Shown: one piece after another, positions 12,770 to 25,264 of the stretch
Layout of the letters: each line of letters begins with the position of its first letter
How positions within the stretch are numbered: the first letter of the stretch is position 1
Source: Octopus vulgaris
Taxonomy: Eukaryota
Reading direction: 5' to 3'
Length of the DNA: 64,000 bases
NCBI GenBank assembly: GCA_951406725.2
Contig: OX597815.1
Location: 1,860,001-1,924,000, forward strand
Notes under the pieces: generated by a model
The model's input: the letters and a program-made list of their open reading frames with translations, nothing else
What the model was told of the DNA's origin: nothing
The model's database searches: none
Made by a program: the position numbers and the translations under genes

Positions 12770-13110
12770 AGGTGCTCAGGTGCTCAGGGTATTCTCTTGG
12801 TTGCACGTCGTGAATGGATACCAGACGATTAATATCCTAGGCAAGATAGGGGTTCCAGACCGGTGACCTAAATTCCAGGTGAAGTCGCACCATAGCTATA
12901 TAAAGTCGCAGATAGATAGCCGGAGAGCGGCTCACAAAGGACTTGGTGAGTGATGCCAAGACACCCTCAGCCTTCTTGGCAATTTTAGCAATGTGTTTTG
13001 TCCAACGCAAATCGCTGTCGAAAATAATGCCCAGGTCACATTCACACGAAGACTTTTTGAGATTAGTGTTGTGGAGGGAGTAGGTGGACGCTGGGTTTTT
13101 TCCTCCCAAA
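12770..13110 (-). mobile_element. CR1-clade LINE ORF2 fragment
   Basis: ECDLGIIFDSDLRWTKHI...LYIAMVRLHLEFRSPVWNPYL resembles the post-RT DLG / VRPHLEY..VW.P region of CR1/L2 elements. Confidence 0.8.
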
Positions 13111-13750
13111 ATGGAGTTAAATAACACCAGAAGTTTTTCAGGTGATTTCATCGTTTCATGTAAAGACCTGGATTTTTTATTTTAGGGGGGGAGGCACCAA
13201 AAAAGTGAAATACAAATCAATTACAGAAAAAGTTCTTACATTTACAGAGAAAAGAGATCTGAAGGTTGCTGGAAGGATGCTTGGGGATTGCTTGTGACTT
13301 TGTGAGCTGCGGTCGAGAACTGTTATGAAAAGCAAATTCTTCAGGTTGATTAACTGTAATTCACAGGACTGAAAGATCTAATCCACTGAAATGCAGTTCC
13401 ATTGAGACAACAGCTTTAGAGATAGAGGAAGAATTTAGAACGTTTAGCTTTGAGACAGAATTTCAAATCTGGATCCTGAAAAGCAACATTCCAGAGAATC
13501 ATGAGAAGGCAGTGGTTGGTACCAGATATGAACAGCTATAAGAACATGGAACAAGGGAGAGTTTTTGTAAAAAGGTAAGAGACAAGAGATAATAAAGCAG
13601 CAACTTGGAAGAAGGAGAACTAAAAACAATAGCAGAGAATATAAGGATTAGGGTAAAAAATAAAACTCCAGGTTGCTGGCAGAAGAACAAAAAGGAAAAA
13701 GGACCTCAAAAGCAATAAATACAGAAAGAAATGCAAGAAAGAATTCAAAC

Positions 13751-13920
13751 GAGAGAGAGAGAGAGAAGGGAGAGAGGGAGGGAGGGAGGGAGAGAGAGGG
13801 AGAAAGAGAGGAGGAGAGAGAGAGGAGGGAGAGAAAGAGAGAGAGTGAGTGAGAGAGAGGGGGAGAGAGAAGGAGGGAGAGGGAGGGAGAGAGAGAGAGA
13901 GAGAGGAGGGAGAGAGAGAA
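13751..13920. repeat. (GA)-rich polypurine tract
   Basis: Low-complexity GA/GGA run. Confidence 0.9.
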
Positions 13921-14748
13921 TAGTGTGTTAAGATGTCTACTAGCAGAAATAAGATGCCGAAAAATGGAAAAAAGGTCTGGAGATTAATTTGAAAAAAACA
14001 AAATCTGAAAATAAAGAACAAGATGTAAAAGAGACAGAATGAGGAAAGAAAGAATGAAAGAATATGGATAAAGAGTATATTTTGTGGAAAATGGGGCCAA
14101 GGACGGAAGGAATGGTTAAATAGAAAAAGGAAACTTCCTGGAGGCAAAGATTAGAGAATAAAACCCAAGAGATGGGGGTGGTGGGGGGTGGGGGGTAGAA
14201 TGGAGAGAAATCTGCTGGAGATAAACAGGGCAGATCTTATTAAGAAAGCTATTTAAGTCTTATCTCAGCACATTACCAAATCATTGTGTTTGACTCAGTT
14301 TAAAACTAGACAAGAATTAAGTAGGATTTAGGGGGAGGTAGGGGTGGGGCGGGGTGGGGGAGAGAACCCGAAACAAAACTTTGAAGGTTTTTAATTAAAA
14401 TAAGAAAGTTTTCATTCAACTGGTTCTTGCATTGGATTTCCGATCTTTAGTTCCCCTCTTCATATATGTTAAACCATCTTTCTCTACTGTGGCCCCACTA
14501 AGTCAAAGGGCATCTTGATCTTGTGAGCTAAATGGTGACCTCACTCGAGTTGATGCCCTGGAAAAAAGCATTCGTCAAACTGTAAAATGGTTGGTTAGAA
14601 AATGTAACCAGGTGTAGAAACCAATCAGACAATCAGAGGGGCCTGGTGCAGTTCCTGAGCTTGTCAGACCCTGTGAAACTGTCCAACCCATGCCAGCAAG
14701 GAAAACAGACTTTAAATGATGATGATGATGATGACATATATATATACA

Positions 14749-14980
14749 AGGCGGCGAGCTGGCAGAAACGTTAGTGTGCCGGGCGAAATGCGTAGCCGTA
14801 TTTCATCTGTCGTTACGTTCCGAGTTCAAATTCCGCCTAAGTCGACTTTCCCTTTCATCCTTTCGGGCTCGATAAATTAAGTACCAGTTACGCACTGGGG
14901 TCAATATAATCGACTTAATCCGTTTGTCTGTCCTTGTTTGTCCCCTCTGTGTTTAGCTCCTTGTGGGTAGTAAAGAAATA
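14749..14980 (+). mobile_element. Family C tRNA-derived SINE
   Basis: GGCGGCGAGCTGGCAGAAACGTTAG head, GAGTTCAAATTCC B box, central GTCGACTTT.CCTTTCATCCTTTCGGG.TCGATAAATTAAGTACCAG (resembles, from memory, the Meta/MESC SINE domain). Confidence 0.85.
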
Positions 14981-15000
14981 TATATATATATATATATATA

Positions 15001-15345
15001 TAGTAAATAAGAAAAGGAAGAAGCACAATAGTTGGTTCATCAACTTTAGGATGTTAACTTATTTATTTATTAAAATGATAATTATCATTATAATAAATAA
15101 ATAAGTTAACATTTTAATGTCCTAAAGCTGATGAACCAACTATTGTGCTTCTTCCTTTTCTTATTTGCTATATAAATTAATGGTAAAATATCTCTTTACC
15201 TTCACCCATTTAGTACACTCGGTAATGTAATTGCAATGCAATAAAAAACACTTGTGTATTAATAATTGGGTATTCTACCAATAGTATATTGCATAGATAT
15301 TATCCCTTAGTGGGTTGGACCGACAATCCCTAACTTTCTTGGAGT
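15001..15345. mobile_element. (TA)n-embedded fold-back element (170-bp palindrome plus ~175-bp unique tail)
   Basis: 15001-15081 pairs with 15082-15170; TA tracts on both sides. Confidence 0.75.
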
Positions 15346-15387
15346 TATATATATATATATATATCATCGTGTACAGTGCAATTAAAA

Positions 15388-15755
15388 TCTCTATATATAT
15401 AAACGGCAAAATGTCTGTCTGTGTGTGTATCCTTTATACAAATCCACAATTTTTCAGTTAGAGGGCTCGCACTTTCTATGGTCATTCAAAACCATCCAAG
15501 GGTGGTCGTGCACATCTTTACATTTCCCCAGTCACCCCGCAAAGCCATTAAAAAAATCAATAGAAGTGACTTTTTTGTGAATTTTCTATCCAAAACCAAT
15601 CAAAATGAACGAAACTTGATAGGCCAATTGAATGCCAGCTAACTGTATGTGATTGGTCGGAGATTTGGACAGTACTCGCGTGTATGTGCGCATGCATGCA
15701 GCTGTATATGCATGCTCTAGCACTATGACCCGGCGTTGCCAGGTCATAGTGCTAG
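15388..15755 (+). mobile_element. Non-autonomous Helitron (family H2)
   Basis: A|TC start, CTAG|T end, terminal hairpin, no TSD. Confidence 0.75.
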
Positions 15756-15845
15756 TTTAACATTAAATTGTATGACAAATAACCATTTTTAAGAACTTGA
15801 GGTGCATTTCCATTCATGTTTTGTAATTTTATTCCTTGTTATTCC

Positions 15846-16027
15846 CAGACCCCGATTGAACCGTCCAACCCGTGCTAGCACGGAAAACGGACGTTAAACG
15901 ATGATGATGATGATGATATGTGTGTGTATATATATATATGTGTGTATATACATATATGTATATATATATCATCATCATCATCATCGTCGTTTAGCGTCCG
16001 TTTTCCATGCTAGCATGGGTTGGACGG

Positions 16028-16028
<1 letters not shown>
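15846..16028. mobile_element. Two short family A 3' ends, tail-to-tail inverted
   Basis: + copy 15846-15916 and - copy 15968-16028 around a TA/TG spacer. Confidence 0.75.
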
Positions 16029-16072
<44 letters not shown>

Positions 16073-16095
16073 AGTGTATATATATATATATATAA

Positions 16096-16261
16096 ATACA
16101 AAATGGGACAAGAACGCAAAACATCCGGACAACTAGGTGATACAAAAAGGGACAACAAAACATCCAGATAGACGATACAAAGAAAAGAAGAACAGGTCAT
16201 TTGAAGTTTTCTTTCCTCAGTCAAGCACCAGATCATCCTCGCAATTTAGGCTGATTATTCT

Positions 16262-16263
<2 letters not shown>
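16096..16263. mobile_element. Family F (TA)n-embedded repeat
   Basis: ATACAAAATGGGACAAGAACGCAAAACATCC shared with copies at 24114 and 42564. Confidence 0.75.
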
Positions 16264-16305
<42 letters not shown>

Positions 16306-17218
16306 GAAAAAGATTGGAGATCTATACAAATCAAATTTTTTATATATAAAAAGATGGAGGTGGGAATAGCACAGAAGTCCAAGACATTTCAATGTTTCTC
16401 ATCAAATACCAGTAAAAATTTATAAAAATTTGAAGTAAAAACAGCTTCTCTTCTGTCTGGGTGGTTACAATATATAAAAATATATATATAAATATATATA
16501 TATAAGCAACAACATAGACACACAAGCATAGTTGCCTACAGGCACACACATGCACAGACACTCAGATACACACACACACACATTTTTTATTGGTATTTCT
16601 GGAAATCCTTCAGCTGGATTCATCGTATGATGGAAATAATGTATTGAATCAATAGTCATTCTTTTACTTTTGCTCTTCTCAACCAACTTCTTGGCTTCAA
16701 CTGAAGTTTACAGAACAGATTCTTTGGACAGCATCAGGAAGTGTGTAACGTTGTGTGTTTTTGTTACATTCCAGTGTTGTGTTGCAAGACACAAAGAATA
16801 CAACAGAAAATTCTTAAGATTTGAATATTCTTGCATTAACTTATTTCCTTTCATATTTTAATCTAATCATTGGCCAAAGAGATGTGTTTATTTCTCGCTA
16901 ATTGAATGCAGTGATTTCAAATACAAACTAAAACACCTTTGATACAGATTGCATAAATATGGAAAAAAAAGCAAGCAAATACAAAACAAAAACAAAGCAA
17001 AGAAAGTGAAGAGGAAGAGGAAGAGATGAGTACTGAAAGAAAGCCTAGATTTCTTGTGAACACTTCAGCTAAGTGGAATCTTGATGGCTTCTTCATTATC
17101 TTTAATCTTCCGTGGAGATTAAAGTCTTCTCAATCAAGTCTGCAGCACAAAGGAAACGATGCCAGAGCAGCAGAAACAAGAACAGCACAAGAAATCCGAT
17201 TCCAAAGAATCAAACCTT

Positions 17219-17251
<33 letters not shown>

Positions 17252-17261
17252 GTATATTTAT

Positions 17262-17580
17262 ATCAGTCATCAGAGGGTGGCCATGCTGGGGCACCACATT
17301 CAAGAATTTTCACTCAAATGAATTAACCCAAGGGCTTAGTTTTCTTTTTTTTTTTTTTAAATCCTGGTCCTCATTCTATCAATCTCTTTTGCTGAACTGC
17401 TAAACACTCAAAAAGACACACACACACGATGGGTTTCTTTCAGTTTCTGTCAACCAAATCCACTCACAAGGCTTTGGTTGGCCTGAGAAGACACTTGCCC
17501 AGGGTGCCACACGGTGGGACAGAATCAGGAACCATGTGGTTGGGAAGCAAGCTTCTTGCCACACAGCCACACCTCTGCCT
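17262..17580 (-). mobile_element. Family B SINE, internally deleted
   Basis: Reverse match to family B. Confidence 0.7.
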
Positions 17581-17940
17581 ATCATCATCATCATCATTTA
17601 ACGTCCTTTTTCCATGCTAGCATGGGTTGGATGGTCCGACTGGGGTCTGGGAAGCCATGGAGGCTGCACCAGGCTCCAGTCTGATCTGGTAGTGTTTCTA
17701 CAGCTGGATGCCCTTCCTAATACCAACCACTCCAAGAGTGTAGTGGGTGTTTTTTATGTGCCACCCGCACAGGGGCCAAAGGAGACTGGCAAACGGCCAC
17801 GATCGGTTGGTGCTTTTACGTGTCACCGACACAGATGCCAGTTAGGTGGCGCTGGCATCTTCTACGTTCGGACAGTGCGTTTTACGTGTCACCGGCACGG
17901 GTGTCTTAACTACAATTTCCATTTGATTTTTATTTTGATG
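17581..17940 (-). mobile_element. Family A copy
   Basis: (CAT)n, family A motif and minisatellite units. Confidence 0.85.
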
Positions 17941-18077
17941 TTACATGAAAGGAAAAAAATCAATGAATTCAAAAGGCAAACACTGTGTTCCTGTGTTTCT
18001 GTTGGAATAAATTGCTTTGGTTTCGATTATTTTGAAAACAATGAATAATTTGGTGATAGCTGAGTTATTATTGAGCC

Positions 18078-18960
18078 ATCATCAGCATCGTTTAATGTCC
18101 ATTTTCCATCCTAACATGGACTGGATGGTTTGACAGGAGCTGGCCAGCTAGGGAGCTGTCGAGACTCCACCAGTCTGTTTTGACAAGGTTTCTATGGATG
18201 CCCTTCGTAACGCCAACCATTTTATAGTTTACTGGGTACTTTCTATGTGCCACTGGCATGAGCACATTCGTACACCACTGGCACGAGTACATTTTAGGTG
18301 ACACTGGCACCTGTATGGATGGATGGATGGATGCCAGTGATTTTACTTGGCTTGATGCTTCTTCTCAAGAACAGCAAATAATCACAACTCCCGGTCCTTT
18401 GTCATTTTCTCAGCGAGGCCCAGCATCTGAAGTTCCTTTCTCACCACTTCATTCCACATCTTCCTGGGTCTGCCTCTTCCTCAGGTTCCCTCCACAATTA
18501 GAGATTGGCACTTCTTTAAGCAGCTGTCCTCATCCATATGCATCACATGACCAAACCAGTGCCATTTTCCCTCTTGCACAACATCCGATGCCTTTTATAC
18601 CCAGTTTTTCTCTCAACTCATTTACACTCTGTCGTGCATTCACACTGACATTACCGATCCAAGTGGAACATGCTGGCTTCATTTCTTTAAAGCCTTCACA
18701 AGTCCTCTGTAGCCAAAGCCCATGTTTTACTGCCATGCAACATAGCTGTACGCAGACAGGCATCATACAATCTGCTTTTCACTCTGGAGGAGAGAAGCCC
18801 TTAGTTACCAACAGAGGTAGAAGCTCTCTGAACTTTGCCCAGCCTGTTCTTATTCGAACAACGATGTGTTCAGAACTTCCTCCTCTACTGATGCCAACTT
18901 GGTCACCAAGGTAACAGAAGCTATCTGCTACTTCTAATGCCCCACCCTCACCCCTCGGGC
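18078..18960 (-). mobile_element. RTE-clade LINE remnant: ORF2 C-terminus contiguous with a family A-type 3'UTR
   Basis: Minus-strand frames give FCYLGDQVG, GWAKFRELLPLLVT, GRLYDACLRTAMLHGSKTWA, ELREKLGI, WFGHVMRM, RGRPRKMW; followed by family A sequence and a (GAT)n-like tail. Confidence 0.85.
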
Positions 18961-18984
18961 TTTTGAGGGAGTCTCCTGTCTCTT

Positions 18985-19384
18985 TGACTTGTTTCAGTCA
19001 TGTGACTGTGGCCATGCTGGAGCACCGCCTTTAGTCGAGCAAATCAACCCCAGGACTTATTCTTTGTAAGCCTGGTACTTATTCTATCAGTCTCTTTTGC
19101 CAAACCACTAAGTTACAGGGACGTAAACACACCAGCATCGGTTGTCAAGTGATGGTGGGGGGACAAACACAGATACACAAACATATACACACACATACAT
19201 ATATGTATATACATATATACGACGGGCTTCTTTCAGTTTCCGTCTACCAAATCCACTCACAAGGCTTTGGTTGGCCCGAGGCTATAGTAGAAGACACTTG
19301 CCCAAGGTGCCATGCAGTGGGACTGAACCCGGACCCATGTGGTTGGTAAGCAAGCTACTTACCACACAGCCACTCCTATGCCTG
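18985..19384 (-). mobile_element. Family B SINE, full length
   Basis: Reverse match to family B. Confidence 0.85.
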
Positions 19385-19682
19385 TGCATTTTTAGTGCTT
19401 ATTGTACCTTCACATCTGCCACACACAAAGACTATATTTTCCGTTAACCTTCCTGTGATACCACTGCACCTCTTACATGTCCAAAGCTTGCACTGGATCC
19501 AATGTATGGGGTTTCTGCTAAACCCTTCTTACATATCGAGCAGAGCCATTACTCTGAAGAGACTTGGGTTTGGAGAATAAATTAGTAGAGAATTCAAATG
19601 GAAGACTTTTACTTTTAAGCAAGAAGTTTGTATCATACAACCAGGTGTGGTGGTCTCATGTGGGTTGGTATCTGAAGAGCTT

Positions 19683-19886
19683 TTAAGTGTTTAGCATTCA
19701 GATTTCTCTGGCAAATGCAAGCCCCATTTATTTATATTGTTTTGAATAATCATTCATTATCTTATAGATTTGAGATTTTGAATGACATTGTAGCATAGGT
19801 GTGAGAGGTTTGATCTGCTCAGTTTGACCATAAAACAGGTGAAATATCAGGGTTTGATTTGGCCAGTTTAAATGTTAAATGGTTAA
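19683..19886. mobile_element. TTAA MITE family P1
   Basis: Homologous to 6693-6920, TTAA ends. Confidence 0.65.
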
Positions 19887-19899
19887 ACCTTTCAGGCAG

Positions 19900-20458
19900 A
19901 TCATCATCATCATCATCATCGTTTAACATCCGCTTTCCATGCTAGCATGGGTTCGACGATTTTGACTGAGGTCTGGCGAACCAGATGGCTGCACCAGGCT
20001 CCAGTCTTGATCTTGCAGAGTTTCTATAGCTGGATGCCCTTCCTAATGCCAACCACTTCGTGAGTGTAGTGGGTGCTTTTTACGTGCCACCGGCACGGGG
20101 GCCAGTCAGGCGGTACTGGCAATGACCTCGCTCGAATCTTTTTACACATGCCACCGGCACAGGTGCCAGTAAGGCGAAGCTGGTAACGATCACGCTTGAA
20201 TGGTGCCCTTTTACGTGCCGCCGGCACGGAAGCCAGTTATCCGCTCTGGCAACGATCACAATCGGATGGTGCTCTCGGCACCCTACTAGCATGGGCACAA
20301 GTGCCAGGAAGGCGACACTGATGACGATCACACTTGAATGGTGCCTTTTATGTGCCACTGGCACGGAAGCCGGTTAGCCGCTCTGTCAACGATCACACTT
20401 GTATGGTGCTCTTTGCACCCTGCTAGCATGGATGCCTGTCATCAAATTTGATTTTGAT
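19900..20458 (-). mobile_element. Family A long copy with ~6 minisatellite units
   Basis: Units start near 20072, 20137, 20201, 20267, 20339, 20404. Confidence 0.85.
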
Positions 20459-21715
20459 ATATAGAAACTTGATTCTGGGGTTCTTTGTAGACCCTTTATT
20501 AAATTAGCCATTCTTTTTGTTGCAGCATCTTCTAAAAGATGCCACAACAAATATTTCAAAGATAATAAACCAAACAATGAACAGCCTTCTATGAATTAAA
20601 ATTTCAACATTGCATTTTTTGCTGTCTGAGATTTTATATTATTGAGAAGAAAATAATCAGGAGACAGACAGACAGACATACTCACTCTCTCCCCCTCTCT
20701 CACACACACACATACGCTTACATAAACATGCATCCACACACACACACATACACATTTTTATAGTTATAGCGTGGGAGGCAGAAATGGTGATGTAATGAAA
20801 AGTATATAAATATTTTTCTTTCCACTTTTTTCTTTTTTTACAACTTTACAACCAAATTTCTTTGATAATTACATTGATTTCAGTCTCATTACAATACCAG
20901 TTCTATGAAAGCCATTTTATATAGTCTATATCTAACTTTAATAATGGCTTCAATGATTAGGTTTGTTTTAGGAGATAATCAATGGTTTTCAATATTATTG
21001 GATTTTTAAAAAAAAGTCACAGATAATCAGATATGCTGTCTACCCTATGATTAAATAAGTACACACCCACCCAAACAGACACTCCACGCACAGACACACT
21101 GCATGCACACACACACACACACACATGATGATGGTGGATGTCCATCACTTGGTGATGAGAAATCAGTTGTTAAACCAACAGAGTTATCTGCTCCTGAACT
21201 GGCTGAATATCTCACAGATGCATGTAGCTTTACAATCACCATTACACAGTAAACAAGATTGCTCCTGTTGAATTACTGGTACAATCCACATGACGGGCTT
21301 CTGTACAGTTTCTGTCAACCTAGTGTCACTCACTGGACCTGAAGCCACAGAAAACAATCACCTAACACGAAATTGTCCTTACCTGGAAGTTTCCCTTACC
21401 TGCAGATATTGTAATTATTTTCAGACCCTAATGCATAGAACTTCATTTTATTAAACCCTTTTTTCTCTTGTAATTAAAGTTGATTTTGTTTTTTGTCAAC
21501 AGTCAGTCATGGTTGGCAAACAGAATCCTCTGCCCAATCAGCTTTAAATATCTCTGTCATAGTTTGTTCCATAATCTTCATTGCTGCACCATTCAAAACT
21601 ATTGAATTCCAACAGAAGGTTCACTTCTGTCGGTCTGATCAACAGAAGTGCGGAAATCTGACATACACTTCACAGAGTTTTTCTGCTTCAGTAAAACACT
21701 AAATTTTATTCTAAA

Positions 21716-22064
21716 GTAGCAGTATCGCCCGGCATTGCTTGGGTTTGTTTCGACCCTTAAGAATTGGAATTTTTGAAAAGTAAAAATTTTGCATTATGCA
21801 GCTTGTTATTCTCTTTAAGTGAACATTTTTCTGGTTGAAATACACTGAAAAATGGCAACACAGCAGTAAAAAAATTGTCAAAAATAGGGATTTTCATAGA
21901 AAAAAAAGCATCTATTTGATATAAATAATTTTTGGTTTTCACCTTCTTCTATCATACTCTCAATTTTGGTCAACTTGCGCCGCAGGGTCTTGGAGGAGAT
22001 AGTGTTAGTTGAAGGCTACCAAACCTGCCATACACAGACAACTTCAGCTTTATATAGAGAGAGA
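21716..22064 (-). mobile_element. Non-autonomous Helitron (family H1)
   Basis: Reverse complement of 36868-37244. Confidence 0.8.
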
Positions 22065-22270
22065 TTTGGCAGCCAAATGATATTTTCTCCACTTTGTTTC
22101 GTACCTATGTTCCCATGTGAATCTTTCTCTCATATATAAAAAGTATGTTCCACCCCAAAATCTCATTCCAATTTCTTAACTTCCTTTACTACATCGGTAG
22201 ATGCTGACTACCAATGCTGTTCCAAGTATTGTGCTATAATACCAACACATAATAAATAACAAATACTCAC

Positions 22271-22327
22271 GGTACCTTTATAGAGATAGTTTGCTGCCAT
22301 AAGGATTAGTGTGGAAAGACAACTCAC
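22271..22327 (-). other. Candidate 57-nt exon / recursive splice site of an unidentified minus-strand gene
   Basis: Minus strand: TTTTCATTTTCTTTTCTCTTTCAG|GTGAGTTG...GGTACC|GTGAGTA; phase-0 frame open (VSCLSTLILMAANYLYKGT). Confidence 0.45.
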
Positions 22328-22606
22328 CTGAAAGAGAAAAGAAAATGAAAACTTGAGTAAACATTTTATGTATTAAAAAGCTAGATCAGGTAAAAAAAAT
22401 TATAATGAAATTCAATAAGTGTCGTGTGGTAAGAAGTTTACTTCACAATTACATGGTTACAGGTTCAGTCCTACTGTGTAGCAACTTGGGTAAGTGTTTT
22501 CTACTATAGACTTGGGCTGACCAAAGCCTTGTGATTGGATTTTGTAGATGGAAACAGAATCTTGTCATGTGTATATGTGTATGCATGCATGTGTGTGTTC
22601 CACACC

Positions 22607-22838
22607 TATTTCTTTACTACCCACAGGGGGCTAAACACAGAGAGGACAAACAAGGACAGACATAGGTATTAAGTCGATTATATCGACCCCAGTGAGTAAC
22701 TGGTACTTAATTTATCAACCCCGAAAGGATGAAAGGCAAAGTCGACCTCGGCAGAATTTGAACTCAGAATGTAACGGCAGACGAAACACTGCTAAGGATT
22801 TCGCCAGACGTGCTAACGTTTCTGCCAGCTCGCCGCCT
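22607..22838 (-). mobile_element. Family C SINE nested in a family B copy (22420-22970)
   Basis: Reverse match to 14749-14980; B head on the left, B tail on the right. Confidence 0.85.
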
Positions 22839-23500
22839 TTGTGTGTTCCATACCACTGTTTCACAACCAATGCTAGTGTGTTTATATCCCTGTAACTTAG
22901 CAGTTCGGCAAAAGAGACCAATAGAATAATTCAAGGCAGTGCCACAACACTGAAACGATTAAAGAAAAAAAATATACAAGTCTTTGTTTTGATTCTTGTT
23001 GCTCACCATTCCTGTTTGCAGATTAACTGAAAGAGACACACATCATTTGGAAAATGATGGGGAAAAGGTTGAAAAGACAGTGATTGATGACTAATGAGTG
23101 ACCAACAAACAGCCAGTTCTTGAAGAATGCTAACGATATAAATACCCTGGTGTTAAGGGCAGAGGAAATAGCACAGGTGAACCTAATGAAGGAGTGAGAT
23201 GAAACTGCTTAATTGCAGAGCTATTTCCAAGTTGGACAGTCACAAAGGGATTCATTTCGATGCGGCCTTTCAATTACAAAACATTCTTGTTGGTAAGGTA
23301 AGAAAAAAAAAAAAAAAAATTAAGAGAAAGAGAAAAACTAAAATATCTTTGATATTAAGGCAAAAATTTGAATATTCACAATCACAACTAATTGTTATTA
23401 TCACAAATAATTAATGGTGCGATGCAATACATTTTATAATTCAAGTCAAGGTCAAGGTCAAGGTCGTCGTCGTCGTCGTCATCGTCATCATCATCATCAT

Positions 23501-23723
23501 TTAACTTTTCTGCATTCAGATTACTCTGTTCAACACAATGCTTATTTATTAATATTGCTTTGAGTTAATCCTGGATTATCTCATAGCTTGAGATTTTGAG
23601 GATGTAATTGTTTATGTTTAGAATGACACGGTAGGGTAGGTGTGAGAAGACAGATGTGGCCAGTTTGTGCATAAAACAGGTGGAATATTTGGGCCAGATA
23701 CGGTCAGTTTAAATGCCAAAGGG
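23501..23723. mobile_element. TTAA MITE family P1
   Basis: Homologous to 6693-6920. Confidence 0.65.
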
Positions 23724-24054
23724 GGGGGGTTGATGCTTGCTTTCCATGCTTGGAAATTTCGACAGCCAGAAGCTCTTCCTGTTGCCAACCCTTATCTGTC
23801 TCCAGAATAATATTTCCCCAGGGGTCAGATATATTTTTCACAAAAGATTGCAAAGGAACAACATCCCCTGCCCGATGCCCCCGCCCCAGCAGCAGCAGCG
23901 GTCAATAATACAGTAATTTCTCTTTGTATAATGGTCATTTTTCATAGCGTTTTTCCGATGGTCATATAACTGAAGAGATGGTGGCGTGGATTTCCACCTC
24001 AGTATCCGAGTTTTATCTTGGCTATCGAATAATTGTCACATATTACTTTTACTG

Positions 24055-24096
<42 letters not shown>

Positions 24097-24113
24097 AAAA
24101 AATTTATATAAAA

Positions 24114-24590
24114 ATACAAAATGGGACAAGAACGCAAAACATCCAAATAGACGACACAAAAAACGGACGGGTCATTCGAAGCCTCTAATCTTCAGTCAAG
24201 AAACGGATCATCCTCGCAATTTCGGCTGATTAATCTTGAGATCGCTCAGATCCGGCCAGCCCCAAGGAAAAACTAAGCTGCAAGCATTAGATTTCTTGGA
24301 AAAAGGATCGAATGTATACGAAACAAGGACAGAAAAACGGACGATGCCACACAAATATAAATACAAAAAACAAAAATAATAATAACAGGACAAAAACAAG
24401 AGGTGTCTTTCGACTTTAGACAGTTTAACTTAGCTTAGCTGGCATATTTGGAAAGGCTAGTTGACCGGCGGTCACGTGAGAAGAGAAGAGAGAGAAAAAA
24501 AGGGGCAAAGGAATCAAAGAAAGAGAGAAAAAGAGGGACAAAGGCACCAAAGAGGGGGAGAAGAGAGAGAAAGAAGGAATTAGAGACAGA
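24114..24590. mobile_element. Family F (TA)n-embedded repeat, longest copy
   Basis: Same terminus as 16096 and 42564, extends further. Confidence 0.7.
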
Positions 24591-24601
24591 AATATATACA
24601 T

Positions 24602-24636
<35 letters not shown>

Positions 24637-24715
24637 CATATATATTTATATACATATATATATATACATATACATACCCATGCCAGCATGGAAAGCGGAC
24701 GTTAAATGATGATGA

Positions 24716-24760
<45 letters not shown>

Positions 24761-24761
<1 letters not shown>

Positions 24762-25155
24762 TGTTTTTTCTGGCACTCCGTCGGTTACAACGAAGACGGT
24801 TCCAGTTGATCCAATCAACGGAACAGCCAGCTTCGTGAAATTAACATGCAAGTGGCTGAGCACTCCACAGACACGTGTACCCTTAACATAGTTCCCGGGA
24901 AGATTAAGCGTGACACAGAGTGTGACAAGGCTGGTCCCTTTGAAATACAGGTACAACAGAAACAGGAAGAAGGAGTGAGAGAAAGCTGTGGTGAAAGAGT
25001 ACAGCAGGGTTCGCCACCCCCACCCCCCTGCTGGAGCCTCATGGAGCTTTAGGTGTCTCTGCTCAATAAACACTCGCAACGGCTGGTCTGGGAATCGAAA
25101 CCGCGATCCAACGACCATGAGTCCGCTGCCTTAACCACTGGGCTATTGCGCCTCC
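24761..25155 (-). mobile_element. Family D tRNA-derived SINE
   Basis: Reverse match to 60489-60860. Confidence 0.85.
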
Positions 25156-25217
25156 GCACACACACACACACACATATATATATAATGTGCATTGTCCGTT
25201 TGATTGGAAAATTTCTA

Positions 25218-25264
25218 TAAGTGGCTGAAGATTGCTTGACATTTTGAAACTGGTGTAATACTTA
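25218..25264 (+). ncRNA. Hammerhead-like motif (degenerate) in TA-flanked element 25184-25342
   Basis: TAAGTG-g-CTGAAGA-(weak stem II)-GAAA-C-TGGT-G-TA-a-TACTTA. Confidence 0.45.

Noticed and set aside
15123-15198. CTGATGA inside the 15001 palindrome (also at 1145 and ~12180 on the minus strand)
   Set aside because: No properly placed GAAA or stem III; not called hammerheads.
21126-21252. Exon-like frame DDGGCPSLGDEK...
   Set aside because: Resembles a decayed family D SINE body.
21378-21405. Two CAG|GTAAGG motifs on the minus strand
   Set aside because: No polypyrimidine tract, so not a credible recursive site.
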